DNA from: Candidatus Omnitrophota bacterium
GTDB taxonomy: Bacteria; Omnitrophota; Gorgyraeia; Zapsychrales; Fredricksoniimonadaceae
Length of the DNA: 64,000 bases
NCBI GenBank assembly: GCA_903901225.1
Contig: CAIUQE010000020.1
Span: forward strand, 5,092-69,091
Direction of reading: 5' to 3'
Position numbers and translations under genes: made by a program. Positions 49,770-61,351 of this stretch are shown here, piece after piece; position 1 is the stretch's first letter, and every line of letters starts with the position of its first letter. The notes beneath the pieces are model-generated. The model did no database searches, was not told the DNA's origin, and saw only the letters and a program-made list of their open reading frames with translations.

Positions 49770-50661
49770 GCGCCATTCCCGGCTGTGGCAAATGGTCCGT
49801 GAAGAAGCGCTGCATGTTCTCCAGCACCTTGCCCCGCTGCTGGTCGGCCGTAATAATATGGTAGGAGTCATCGAGCAGGACGATCTCTTTGTCGCGGGTC
49901 GCGACCCGGTCATAAATGAACTGGGCATTGCGGACGCTCGTCATGTCATCGTCTTTGGCCTGGATGATCTGCACCGGCGGCGTGATCCGCGGGAGCCTGG
50001 TCTTGAGATGCCTGACCAGGAATTCCAGCTGGCGCAACAGGCTCACGGGAAAGAACGGATAGCCGTAGCGGTCAATGTCAGGCGGTTCGACCGTGCTCAC
50101 TTTCTCGAAATACGCGTGGACCTTGCCGCGGAGCGCCTCATTCTTGATGCCGTAGGGCGATTTTTCCTGGAAATAAATGATGCGGTGCAGCTGGGTCCAG
50201 TATACCACCGGGAGGAAACAGCGGTACCACGGGCAGTTCCAGCCGTCATAAAATATTGTCGGGGAAAGGCAACTGACGCCGGCGATGGTCTGCGGGAATT
50301 CATCCGCGAGCAAAAGCGCCAGCAAGGCGCCCATCGAAAGCCCGCTGACAAAAATGGTGTCGCTGTGTTCGCGCGCCTTGAAATACGCCTGGCGCACAGT
50401 GGCGTAAAAATCCTGCCACGGCGTGCCTTTCAGGACGCTCAAGGGACGGTCATGGTTGGCCAGACGCGGGCACGCCACGGTGAACCCGCCATTGTTGAGC
50501 CGCTTGGCCAGGAAACTCATTTCCTGCGGCGTCCCGGTCAGCCCGTGGATAAGGATGACCGCGGCACCGTTCGTCCCCCGCATGGAGATCCCCGAGCTCA
50601 TGGGCGCATTCCCCGGACCGTCATTCAATTTGCTGACCTGGAACGAAAATTTAACGCTCAT
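49762..50661 (-). CDS. alpha/beta hydrolase (esterase/lipase-like)
   Basis: ILIHGLTG and nucleophile elbow GLSMGA. Confidence 0.65.
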   Translation of the reverse strand: MSVKFSFQVSKLNDGPGNAPMSSGISMRGTNGAAVILIHGLTGTPQEMSFLAKRLNNGGFTVACPRLANHDRPLSVLKGTPWQDFYATVRQAYFKAREHSDTIFVSGLSMGALLALLLADEFPQTIAGVSCLSPTIFYDGWNCPWYRCFLPVVYWTQLHRIIYFQEKSPYGIKNEALRGKVHAYFEKVSTVEPPDIDRYGYPFFPVSLLRQLEFLVRHLKTRLPRITPPVQIIQAKDDDMTSVRNAQFIYDRVATRDKEIVLLDDSYHIITADQQRGKVLENMQRFFTDHLPQPGMAHV

Positions 50662-50740
50662 TTCTTAAACCCTTCTGAAGAAAGCTCATCAAACTAACTT
50701 ATTGTTCATTAAGTTAAGATTAAGGCGGGCTTTGATTTTC

Positions 50741-52189
50741 TTAATCTTGCGCGTAGATCAAGGGAAGGGAAATAATGAACGTCGAGCCCTGGCCGGGTTC
50801 ACTGGCGACGTTGATGGTGCCTTGGTGCGCGAGCACGATCGCCTTGACAATGCTCAGGCCCAGGCCAAATCCCGGGCTGGTCCGCGATTTCTCCGCGCGG
50901 TAAAACCTGTCAAAAACACGCCCCAACTCCTCGCGGGCGATACCCGGTCCGGTGTCATTGACGGTGATCTCCACCGACGCGCCACGACGCACGGCCCGCA
51001 CCGCGATCTGCCCGCGGTCCGACGTATACTTCACGGCATTGTCCACGATATTGGAGACCACCCGCCCAAGCTGACTTTCATCCGCCTCGAGCGACACCTC
51101 GTCACTCGCCAGCAGGCGCAGGGCGATAGCCTTGAGTTCCGCCTGGGGACGGGCATCCTCGATCACCCGACGCAGCAGCGGCAAAAGATCGACCCGTTTC
51201 AATTGCAGCTCGTTCTCGGCCCTGTCCATCCGCGCGAGGACCAGGAGGTTCTCCACCAGCGCGTTCATCTTGTCGATCTCCTCAAGATTGACCGACAGGA
51301 CCTCCTCGTATTCCACGGGCGAGCGCCGCTTGTTCAACGCGACCTCCTGCTTGCCCTTGAGGACCGTCAGCGGCGTCCTTAACTCGTGCGACACGTCCTG
51401 GATCAGTTGCTGCTGCAGCGAGAACGCCTTGTCCAGGCGCGAGAGCATGTCATTGAACGTTTCGGCGAGCCGGCGGTTCTCGTCGTTGGCGGAAGGCACC
51501 GCGATGCGCTGTTTCAGGTTTCGGGACGTTATCTGTCGCATCGCCTTCGTCATGTTGTCAACAGGACGCAGGGTGGCCCTGGTCAGGAAGAACCCCATCA
51601 CCATCACCAGGACCATGGCCAGCGGCAGGAATATCAGCAACACTGTTTTAATACGGCCGAGCTTCACGAGCAAAGGCCTCAACGAGGCCGTGACCTGGAT
51701 AAAATATACGGTACCGCCCTTGTCGACACGCAGGACAAATGTCCGCAGGGGCCAGGCCTCTTCGCCAAAAGAAAAGGCGACCGGGCTGTCCCGGAAATTG
51801 CTCCTGCCCAGATCGGGTGAGAGATCCTCCAAAGCCCGGGGAAAAGGCATATTGCTCGAACGCGTCAATTCTTTCCCGTCATGCTGGAATATCTGGATAA
51901 AAACACCCTCGCCGCGGCTCCATTCGGCCGCGTTGTGCAGGGTGGTGACAAAATCCGCGTTGGACGCCGCCGCCGTCAGCCCTTCCCGCCGGTCGCGCGT
52001 CCGGTCCAGGAGCGCCTCCTCGACAACCTGCCCGACGTGCGCGGCCCGGGTCTCGAGCAGGTAATTGAAGTCCTTGTTCAGGACGCGGCTGAAATTGGCA
52101 TAGAGACAAACGCTCAGGATCAAGGCAATGAGCCCCACGGCGAGGACGTACCAGAACGTCATCCGGAAATAGATCGAATTAATCAGCAT
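50741..52189 (-). CDS. two-component sensor histidine kinase (HAMP + HisKA + HATPase)
   Basis: Two TM segments, H-box HELRTPLT, N/G-boxes (DNAVKY, DTGPGI, GLGLSIV). Confidence 0.85.
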   Translation of the reverse strand: MLINSIYFRMTFWYVLAVGLIALILSVCLYANFSRVLNKDFNYLLETRAAHVGQVVEEALLDRTRDRREGLTAAASNADFVTTLHNAAEWSRGEGVFIQIFQHDGKELTRSSNMPFPRALEDLSPDLGRSNFRDSPVAFSFGEEAWPLRTFVLRVDKGGTVYFIQVTASLRPLLVKLGRIKTVLLIFLPLAMVLVMVMGFFLTRATLRPVDNMTKAMRQITSRNLKQRIAVPSANDENRRLAETFNDMLSRLDKAFSLQQQLIQDVSHELRTPLTVLKGKQEVALNKRRSPVEYEEVLSVNLEEIDKMNALVENLLVLARMDRAENELQLKRVDLLPLLRRVIEDARPQAELKAIALRLLASDEVSLEADESQLGRVVSNIVDNAVKYTSDRGQIAVRAVRRGASVEITVNDTGPGIAREELGRVFDRFYRAEKSRTSPGFGLGLSIVKAIVLAHQGTINVASEPGQGSTFIISLPLIYAQD

Positions 52190-52859
52190 TGTTCGCCCTG
52201 ATCATGTAGCCGCGCCCTCTGATCGTCTGGATGAGCGCCTCTTCGCTCTCGGCATCGAGCTTCTTGCGCAAGGCGTTGATATGCACGTCGATGACATTGG
52301 TCGTGGTGTCAAAATTGATGTCCCAGACATGTTCCAAGATCGCGGTCCGCGTCACCACTTCGTTCACGTGCCGCAGGAGGTATTCGAGAAGGAAGAACTC
52401 CTTGGTCGTCAGGGTGATTTCCCTGGCGCCGCGGGTGACTTTATGCGCCAGCACGTCCAGCGTCAGGTCGCCAGCCCGCAGGACCGTTGCGGAAGGGCCG
52501 GAACCCTGCCTCAAGAGAACACGGATCCTGGCCAGCAATTCCTTGAAGGCGAAGGGCTTCGTCAGATAATCGTTGGCGCCGGCGTCGAGGCCGCTGACCT
52601 TGTCATCGACGCTGTGTTTTGCCGTGAGCATGATGATCGGGACATTGTTCTTGTCGCGCCGCAAGTTGCGGCACAGGGTTATCCCGTCCATCTTCGGGAT
52701 CATCAGGTCCAGCACGATCACGCCGTAATTCTCCGTGCCCGCCAGGAAATACCCCTTCTCCCCGTCATAGACCACATCGACGGCATAGCCTTCTTCCCGA
52801 AGGCCCTGCTGGATGAAATCAGCGATATGTTTCTCATCCTCGATGACAAGTATCCTCAT
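52179..52859 (-). CDS. OmpR-family response regulator
   Basis: MRILVIEDE receiver and C-terminal winged-helix (TKEFFLLEYLLRH...). Confidence 0.85.
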   Translation of the reverse strand: MRILVIEDEKHIADFIQQGLREEGYAVDVVYDGEKGYFLAGTENYGVIVLDLMIPKMDGITLCRNLRRDKNNVPIIMLTAKHSVDDKVSGLDAGANDYLTKPFAFKELLARIRVLLRQGSGPSATVLRAGDLTLDVLAHKVTRGAREITLTTKEFFLLEYLLRHVNEVVTRTAILEHVWDINFDTTTNVIDVHINALRKKLDAESEEALIQTIRGRGYMIRANNAD

Positions 52860-52876
52860 CCCATCCGTCCATATCC

Positions 52877-52938
52877 GGGGACACGTAACAAATTCAAAGG
52901 ACGAATTTGGTACATGTCGTACATGTCCCCGCTCTATT
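52877..52938. repeat. ~50-bp palindromic repeat element, copy A (GGGGACACGTAACAAATTC-AAAGGAC-GAATTTGGTACATGTC..CCCC + GCTCTA)
   Basis: Imperfect hairpin with the same AAAGGAC loop and GCTCTA tail as the copies at 53673-53764; intergenic between the RR start and the toxin gene end. Confidence 0.7.
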
Positions 52939-52948
52939 TAAAAAATGC

Positions 52949-53227
52949 TCAATTTTGCTTCAAGAATCGTTTTACATCCTCGTGATTACCCGCAAGCAGG
53001 AACTCCGCCAGGTCCCCCTCCCAACGGAACAGGATCCTGACTTTCAGCCCGTAACGAACTTCCCAAAAATTGTTTTTCAGGCGCTTCAGACCAAGTCCCT
53101 GGTAAATTTCCCTGTCTTTGGATAATACTTCGATAAGCTGGCTGGCCGCTGACTTGACGTCGGCTTTATCATGCAAAGGCAATTGCTTGATCGAACGGTC
53201 AAATGAAGGTTTAAACTCAAATCTCAT
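52949..53227 (-). CDS. type II toxin, RelE/ParE superfamily
   Basis: 92-aa basic protein with the RelE/ParE-like secondary pattern; overlaps the upstream antitoxin by 4 nt; low GC. Confidence 0.6.
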   Translation of the reverse strand: MRFEFKPSFDRSIKQLPLHDKADVKSAASQLIEVLSKDREIYQGLGLKRLKNNFWEVRYGLKVRILFRWEGDLAEFLLAGNHEDVKRFLKQN

Positions 53228-53487
53228 AATCCGGCAAGATGTGCCTTCGCGGCTTCATCATATGAAAAAACCTTGCCCTTGGCTGATGCCAATTTTTCGA
53301 TCTTCTGCCACTCACTGGAAGTGTAGGGTGATCGCGCGGTCACTTCGCACGGCATGAGCATGATGCCGTCTTTACTAACGCCAAAGGCGACCGAAGAACC
53401 CTCTTGCAAATGTAAAAGCTTACGGATCCGGTTAGGGATCGTGACCTGCCCCTTGGTGGTCATTTTTGCCGTTTCAATAATGGTCAT
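53224..53487 (-). CDS. type II antitoxin, AbrB/MazE/SpoVT-type (looped-hinge helix)
   Basis: N-terminal TTKGQVTIPNRIRKLL is the AbrB-like swapped-hairpin DNA-binding motif. Confidence 0.6.
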   Translation of the reverse strand: MTIIETAKMTTKGQVTIPNRIRKLLHLQEGSSVAFGVSKDGIMLMPCEVTARSPYTSSEWQKIEKLASAKGKVFSYDEAAKAHLAGL

Positions 53488-53672
53488 AAAAAGCGCCTTT
53501 CTTTATAATTCCTTACTTCCTTACAATAAGGATACTTCGAGCAGGCTCGAAAGTCAATAGCCCTACCTTATCACCCCGCGGCCGATGTGGGCGTTGCGGA
53601 TGATGGTCGGGCCGCCGTTGTTGTAGAGCGCGGTGACATCGGCGGGAGTCAGGGCGCGGTTGTAAAGGTTCC

Positions 53673-53764
53673 GGGGACACGTACCAAATTCAAAGGACGA
53701 ATTTGGAACATGTCCCCGCGCTACGAAATCCAAAGGACGGATTTGGTACATGTCCCCGCTCTAA
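53673..53764. repeat. palindromic repeat element, copy B (full) plus copy C (right half), tandem
   Basis: GGGGACACGTACCAAATTC-AAAGGAC-GAATTTGGAACATGTCCCC-GCGCTA then CGAAATCC-AAAGGAC-GGATTTGGTACATGTCCCC-GCTCTA; same orientation as copy A. Confidence 0.7.
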
Positions 53765-53765
53765 T

Positions 53766-55368
<1,603 letters not shown>

Positions 55369-55382
<14 letters not shown>

Positions 55383-57174
55383 GATATTCCTTCCTTGCCC
55401 GAAAACGATCCTTAAGATGTGTCTGACCCAAAATACGCAGGGCCTTCGCGATCAAAGAGGCGTTCGCCGGATTCTGTGACTGCAGCAAAGCGCGCTGCAT
55501 GGCGCGGTCCGTGTCTTTCTTGACGACATGGACGGGTTTTCCCGTAAACGGGTCTTTGCCCGTGTGGTACATGCACGCGGCCGCGGTCATCGGCAGGGGC
55601 AGAAAATCCTGCACCTGCTCGGGGCGCAGGCCGCGCGCCAAAAGCTCCTCGGCGCACGCGCAGGCATCTTCAAGCCGCGCGCCGGGATGGGCGCTGATGA
55701 AATAATTAACGAGATACTCTTTTTTACCAAGGCGCGCGTTGATCGCCGCGAACGCCGCGACGAACGCCTCATAGCGGGCGAACGGGGGCTTGTTCATCAG
55801 GGCCAGCACCTCATCCACCGTGTGTTCGGGCGCGACCTTCATCTGGCCGCTGACGTGACGCGCGCACAGCGCTTCGAAATATTTCTTTGCCTCCGGTTCA
55901 AGGAGTAAATCATACCTCAACCCGCTCTGAACGAAAACATGTTTTACTTTGGGTATCGCGCCCAGAGCTTCATAAAGGGCCAGCGCCTGGTCACTGCCAA
56001 TCCGCAGCGACGGGCACTTGGACGGCATGAGGCATTGCTTGCCGACGCACGCCTTGCCCTCGTCCCAGCGGCGGCAATGCGCCGCGTAAAGATTGGCCGT
56101 CGGGCCGCCCACATCCGTGATCGTCCCGCGGAACGCCGGGTCTTGGGTCATGGCCCGCGCTTCCCGCTGGAGCGAAACCTGCGTGCGGCTTTGGACGATA
56201 CGCCCCTGGTGCATGGTGATCCCGCAAAAACGGCACTCCCCCGGACACCCGCGCACCGCCGTCATGGACCAGCGCACGGTTTCCAGCCCCTTCACCCCGC
56301 CCTTCACGTTGTAAGACGGATGGGCCTGGCGCGTGTACGGCAGGTCATAGCTGATGTCCATCTCGGCAGGACTTAGTGGCAGCGCGGGCGGCAATTGGAG
56401 CACGCCCTGATCGCCGTGGCGCTGGAACAACGCTTTCCCGTCGGCCGGTGACGTCTGTTCATACGCCTGGCAGAACGCCTTGTTAAAAAGGTCCGCGTCC
56501 ACCGCCACTTCCTCGAACGACGGCAACGGAACCGCGTCCGCCGGTGCTTCGGCCGGTTTCACGCGCACCACGGTACCGCGCACATCACGGATCGAGCCTA
56601 TCGCCTCGCCCCGGCCCAGGCGTTCCATCACCTCAACGACCGGCCTTTCCGCCATGCCGTAAATGATCATGTCGGCCTTGGCGTCAAGCAGCAACGAACG
56701 GCGCACCGCGTCATCCCAGTAATCGTAGTGCGCCAGACGCCGCATGCTGGCCTCGACACCGCCGAGTATGACCGGCAGGCCCTTGAACGCCGCGCGCGCG
56801 CGGTTGACGTAAACAATGGACGCCCGGTCTGGCCTCTCCCCCGGTGAGCTATCATCCCGGCGGTGGCGTTTGTTCGCCGTATAATTGGCGATCATGGAAT
56901 CGACATTGCCCGCGGTCACGCAAACGCACAGCCGCGGCCGGCCCAAACGGGTAAACTCCTCCTGATCACGCCAGTCCGGCTGGGCAATGATCCCCACCCG
57001 GTAGCCCTTGCTTTCCAGGAGGCGGGCGATCAAGGCGGCGCCGTACGCGGGATGGTCAACATACGCATCCCCTGTGATAACAATGACATCCAACTCTGTC
57101 CAACCCCGGGCGGCTACCTCGGCCAGGCTCATGGGCAGAAATGATGTTTTTTTCTTATTGTCGGGACTACTCAT
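55369..57174 (-). CDS. ygiQ: YgiQ-family radical SAM protein (UPF0313)
   Basis: ARGWTELDVIVITGDAYVDHP N-terminal signature of the YgiQ family; CPGECRFC radical-SAM motif. Alternative start Met at 57132. Confidence 0.8.
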
Positions 57175-57263
57175 GGCAAATTCTTATTTCAATGCTATAC
57201 TTATTAAGGGTTTCGATCACGTGCTTGACGAAACCTGATAAAGATGTTAAAAAAAGGTCCAAT

Positions 57264-57491
57264 ATGTTAAAGCTACTGCCACTTTTAATGCTGATCATGA
57301 CCGCCGCGTGCGCGACCCTCTGGGTCGACAACGCGCGCGCTGAATCTGTCACATTCGATCTGAGCGTCGTGCTCCCGCCTCACGTGGTGACACCCGCGGC
57401 CGGCGTGGCCGTCGCCGCCCAGAGCATCCAGCAGCAGGCAGCGGTGCGCGACAATGCACCGGTATTGATCCAGTCTGTCGTTGTCCTCTAA
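57264..57491 (+). CDS. small secreted/lipoprotein-like hypothetical (75 aa)
   Basis: Hydrophobic N-terminus with AAC lipobox-like segment; weak RBS. ORF only. Confidence 0.25.
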   Translation: MLKLLPLLMLIMTAACATLWVDNARAESVTFDLSVVLPPHVVTPAAGVAVAAQSIQQQAAVRDNAPVLIQSVVVL

Positions 57492-60490
57492 GATCTCCCC
57501 TGGTTTTCCGAAGACGTTGCCGCCACTTTCCTTTTCACGGGTATGTGGAACGTATACGTCGTGCCTTCCGTGATATTGATCCCGTTGCGCAATTTGACGA
57601 GCGGGATCACATCCTGCGGCATGGTGACCATATCCAGCGTGATAACATGCGCGCCGGCGGGAACATTCTTGAAGAAATACGCCCCCTGGCCGCCGCTGAC
57701 CTGGGACAACTTGCCGTCCAGGATGACTTTGACCCGGCCGACGAACTCATCACCGGCATCAGGCGTATTGTTGCCGTTCTTGTCCACAAAGACCACACCG
57801 AAGATCCCCGACTCCATCCTCAACCCGAAATCAGCCCGCTGGCGCAAGCCCTGGCGCACATCAACCCGCGCCAGCGCGGGCGTTGAAAAGACAAATCCCG
57901 TCGGCAGGTTTTCCATCACAGGCGTCACGGCAACCCTTTTCGCGCGCACATCCATGTGATACCAGCCGTGGGCATCGGTGACGGTCTCATTATCGCCCAC
58001 CTTCACCTTCACATCGGGCACACCTTCATCGGAACGGTCATAGCGGCCATTGCCATCCTTGTCTTTGAACACGATGCCTTCGACCACCCCCGCCGGGTCC
58101 CAGCGCACGGGCGTGCCCCAGGCCGCGCGCATCCCCAGGCGCAGGTCCAGGTCATTGTACGACGGCGACCCCGTGACCTTGCCCCAGGCGTCGCGCGAAC
58201 GGCCGTCGAAGAAAAGGCTCACGTCGCTCGACTGATTGTAGGTGAGGCCGACCGAACCGTCAACGCTGTCTTCACCCGAAAGGAAACTGTTGCCGCCGCC
58301 GGCCCCTTCCTCCTTGCGGTAAGAGAGGCCGAAACTGCCGTTCAATTTAGCGGTCAGCTTCCTGTTCAACGTCAACCCCGTGGTCAGCACATTGGGCTGG
58401 TAGTCCATGCCGGAATACGGCTCATGCAGCCGGGAAATTTCATAATTCGCCGTCCAGGCAAGGTCCGGCGTCAACGGCAACTGGACCCCCGTCAGCACGC
58501 CCGCGCGGTCATAATCCGACGCCGACGCGACCTGGTAGCGGTTGCGCTGGCCTGAAACTCCCGCGTAGCCCGACCCGCGGCGGCCGTGCCATACCCCGAA
58601 AGACCGCGTCACGCGGGACATTCCGGACACATACTGCCGCGGTGAAATATCGCCGGGCGTATCCGTGTAATTGACATTCGTGTTGAGGCTGTAAGTTTCG
58701 TTGATCGGGACATTGACGCCCGCGCTCGTGTCATAATTGTACGCCTGCGGCCGGTCCGGATTGAAAATGACGCGATTGCGGTACGCCTCCACCGACGTGG
58801 TGATGCCCGCCTTGGGCAGGTCCGTGTCCGTGGTCCACACCGCGCCGATATCGCCCTGGTTGGACGCGCTGCTGGTCACCGTCGTAAAATCCTTGTTAAT
58901 GTCACGGAACTTCACGCCCGTCCTGAAAATGCCCCCGTCCCACTGCGCGCCGGCCAGCGAGGCCGTCGTGCGGTCATCGCGCGCCAGCTCCCCGTCAAGC
59001 GTGACCGCGGCAAGCTTCTGCGTGCCGCTGACGGAATAAACATCTTTCGTGAGCAAGGGGTCGCGGCCCGCGCCCGAAGCGGCGGCGTAATTGAACGCGT
59101 AATGTTTCTGGGGATCGCCGGGGAACAGCGTCACTCTCCCCGCGTCGATCTCGACATCCTTCATCGTGCCCGTGCCGAAAGAATAAAACCCGAACGTGGA
59201 TTCCTGCTGCCCGTGCACGGCGTAAAGCCCCACCTTGTTATCCAGGACATTGGCCCCGGCACTCACGCCCCGCAATGGCGAGCCCGGCAAGGTCAGCGGC
59301 GTCAGCGCCCCGTTCACGTCAAAGAGCCGTATATTGAAATTCGTGACGGCCGGGGCGGGAATGCCACTCAGCCCAACGGTATACGCGACGACGTTGACCA
59401 GCGGCTGCAGGCCGACCGTGCTGGCGGAGGCGTCAAAGAACCCGTACGGCGTTTCGCCTTCCATCCCGAAATTCTGCTGCGAGCTAAGGCTTTGCCGGCG
59501 CAGGTAGGTGGCCGTGTTCCCGCGATAATACGAACCCCAGTCGGTCGAATACCGCAGGCGGAAAGGCTCGGCATGTTCCACGGTTGCGGACTGTTTGAGA
59601 ACGCCACCCTCGGGCTGCGGCAGGACCACGTCGATGTAAACAGTATGCCGGGCCAGCGCTCCCGTCGACTCGTCCCAGATATGCAGGAAGGTGCCGCCCC
59701 AGCGCCGGGATTCGACCTGGAGCTGGTCGCGCGTCACTTTCCGGGCCAGGATCGCCGTTTCATCGAGCACCAGGAACCTCTGGATATTTTTTCCCTCAAT
59801 GATAACAGAGGTGCCGGTCTGCAGTTTGATCGACGCCCGGCCGCCCTGGCTGGCCGCCAGGATATCACTGAGCTCGATCACATCGGCAGAACCTGCTGTT
59901 TTTTTAGAAAGCGAAGGGACCGAAGGCAGGCGGGCCACCGGCGGACCCATGGCCACGCTTGCCGTAGGGGCTGCCTTAACCGGCGCGTTAACCGCGACCG
60001 GCCCTGCCCGCGGCTGGAACTTGTCCAATGCCGCGGTAACAGCGCCCTCCCGGTCAACGATCGGCGAAGCATCCTCCCTGGCCTGCTTCACCATTTGCAG
60101 GTACTTTAAAGGTTCTTCGGAGTCGCGGTCAAAAAGGTGCGCGGTATAAAAATGATCCGCCGCCGATTCATAATTCTTCCCGGCCAGCGCGGCCTTGCCC
60201 TTGCGCATGAGTTCCTCAAAATAAGGGGCAAAGGACTTGGGCGTAGCGGCAGCCTGCTGGCGCGCGTTCAACATGTCAATGTAACGTGATGGTTCTTCCG
60301 CGGAAGGGTCGAGCTGGTGCGCCCAGGACAGATAACGGGCAGCTTCTTCATCTTCATGCTGTCCAAAGGCTTTGATGCCTGCGTTAAGGTAATACTGATA
60401 AACGTGTGCTGGCTCGGCGGCAATCGCGGGGAATGCCCGGAGCGTTCCAAGGAGAATGCCAAGAACGCATATCACCCGTTTTTTCATCAT
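57488..60490 (-). CDS. large secreted outer-membrane-associated protein (1000 aa): N-terminal TPR-like segment, central beta-rich region, C-terminal Cna-B/SdrD-B-like (carboxypeptidase-regulatory-like) repeats
   Basis: Signal peptide; repeated FKDKDGNGRYD / FVDKNGNNTPD motifs typical of Cna-B/SdrD-B-type beta-sandwich repeats; first gene downstream of the chaperone-like gene. Confidence 0.45.
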   Translation of the reverse strand: MMKKRVICVLGILLGTLRAFPAIAAEPAHVYQYYLNAGIKAFGQHEDEEAARYLSWAHQLDPSAEEPSRYIDMLNARQQAAATPKSFAPYFEELMRKGKAALAGKNYESAADHFYTAHLFDRDSEEPLKYLQMVKQAREDASPIVDREGAVTAALDKFQPRAGPVAVNAPVKAAPTASVAMGPPVARLPSVPSLSKKTAGSADVIELSDILAASQGGRASIKLQTGTSVIIEGKNIQRFLVLDETAILARKVTRDQLQVESRRWGGTFLHIWDESTGALARHTVYIDVVLPQPEGGVLKQSATVEHAEPFRLRYSTDWGSYYRGNTATYLRRQSLSSQQNFGMEGETPYGFFDASASTVGLQPLVNVVAYTVGLSGIPAPAVTNFNIRLFDVNGALTPLTLPGSPLRGVSAGANVLDNKVGLYAVHGQQESTFGFYSFGTGTMKDVEIDAGRVTLFPGDPQKHYAFNYAAASGAGRDPLLTKDVYSVSGTQKLAAVTLDGELARDDRTTASLAGAQWDGGIFRTGVKFRDINKDFTTVTSSASNQGDIGAVWTTDTDLPKAGITTSVEAYRNRVIFNPDRPQAYNYDTSAGVNVPINETYSLNTNVNYTDTPGDISPRQYVSGMSRVTRSFGVWHGRRGSGYAGVSGQRNRYQVASASDYDRAGVLTGVQLPLTPDLAWTANYEISRLHEPYSGMDYQPNVLTTGLTLNRKLTAKLNGSFGLSYRKEEGAGGGNSFLSGEDSVDGSVGLTYNQSSDVSLFFDGRSRDAWGKVTGSPSYNDLDLRLGMRAAWGTPVRWDPAGVVEGIVFKDKDGNGRYDRSDEGVPDVKVKVGDNETVTDAHGWYHMDVRAKRVAVTPVMENLPTGFVFSTPALARVDVRQGLRQRADFGLRMESGIFGVVFVDKNGNNTPDAGDEFVGRVKVILDGKLSQVSGGQGAYFFKNVPAGAHVITLDMVTMPQDVIPLVKLRNGINITEGTTYTFHIPVKRKVAATSSENQGRS

Positions 60491-60525
60491 AAATATCTAC
60501 ACTCAAGGAAACCGCGCCGGAACCT

Positions 60526-61326
60526 TCAATCCTTGACGGCCGTGATCACGGCCCCCGCGGCGCTGTTCGTGAACTCTATTTCCTTGACGATGACATCACC
60601 CTCCTCAAGATCGGCGTTCAGGACCAGGGAATACCTGCCATCCTTGAGCTCTTTGGGCAAATTCAGCGTGAATGGCGCCGACGCCCCGGGCGGAAGGTAC
60701 AATTTCTGCACTTCGCCGCGATCGACCGCCATGCCCGCCTCATCCATCACGTAAAATGTGATGTGCGGGATCATGACCGCGTCGCCGCGATCGACAAAAT
60801 TCCCGGAAAGCTTGCCGCCTTCGATCTTGAAGTCCGTCAACGCCGCGCTCTTGTCCTTATCCCTGGCTTCGATGAAGAACAAGGTGCCGGTGCGCGTCAC
60901 AATGGTCACGCCCGTCCTCATGTCCCTCACCGGCTCGCCGGACTTCTCAAAGAACAAGGCGCCGTAATGCCCGCCCTTGATATCCGCGGGCACACTCACA
61001 GTATACTCGATCTTCTGCTTGCTGAAAGCGGGTAATTTGAATTCCTGCGGCGCGTAACTGACCCAGGCGCTCGCGGAACCGGGGACCGTCCCGGCGGGAA
61101 GGAACGCTTTGGAGCCGTCGTAGGGCGCCTCGTAGCGGAAATCCTCCCAGTAGACCTTGACCCCCACATCCGCGCCCGTGGTGTTATGGATCGTGATGCT
61201 TTTGTTGACGCGCTCACCGCCGGCCACAGGCAGGACGACCTTGCCTTCCTCGATCATGAACTGGGCCGCGGCGGGCCTGACGCCAAGGCACAGCAGGAAC
61301 AAAGCAACAGCGATATTTTTCAGCAT
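60526..61326 (-). CDS. secreted two-domain beta-sandwich protein, candidate periplasmic pilus-assembly chaperone-like
   Basis: Signal peptide; ~240-aa mature size; position between putative subunit genes and the large OM protein. No diagnostic motif confirmed. Confidence 0.3.
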   Translation of the reverse strand: MLKNIAVALFLLCLGVRPAAAQFMIEEGKVVLPVAGGERVNKSITIHNTTGADVGVKVYWEDFRYEAPYDGSKAFLPAGTVPGSASAWVSYAPQEFKLPAFSKQKIEYTVSVPADIKGGHYGALFFEKSGEPVRDMRTGVTIVTRTGTLFFIEARDKDKSAALTDFKIEGGKLSGNFVDRGDAVMIPHITFYVMDEAGMAVDRGEVQKLYLPPGASAPFTLNLPKELKDGRYSLVLNADLEEGDVIVKEIEFTNSAAGAVITAVKD

Positions 61327-61351
61327 ACCCGTCCTTGTGTGTTACAGAGGC

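Noticed and set aside
49770-49928. N-terminal 53 codons of track ORF 49008-49928
   Set aside because: Cys/Ser/Arg-rich and overlaps the alpha/beta hydrolase gene. The HAD motif I (DFDHT) sits at the expected position only if translation starts at MFEIP (49769).
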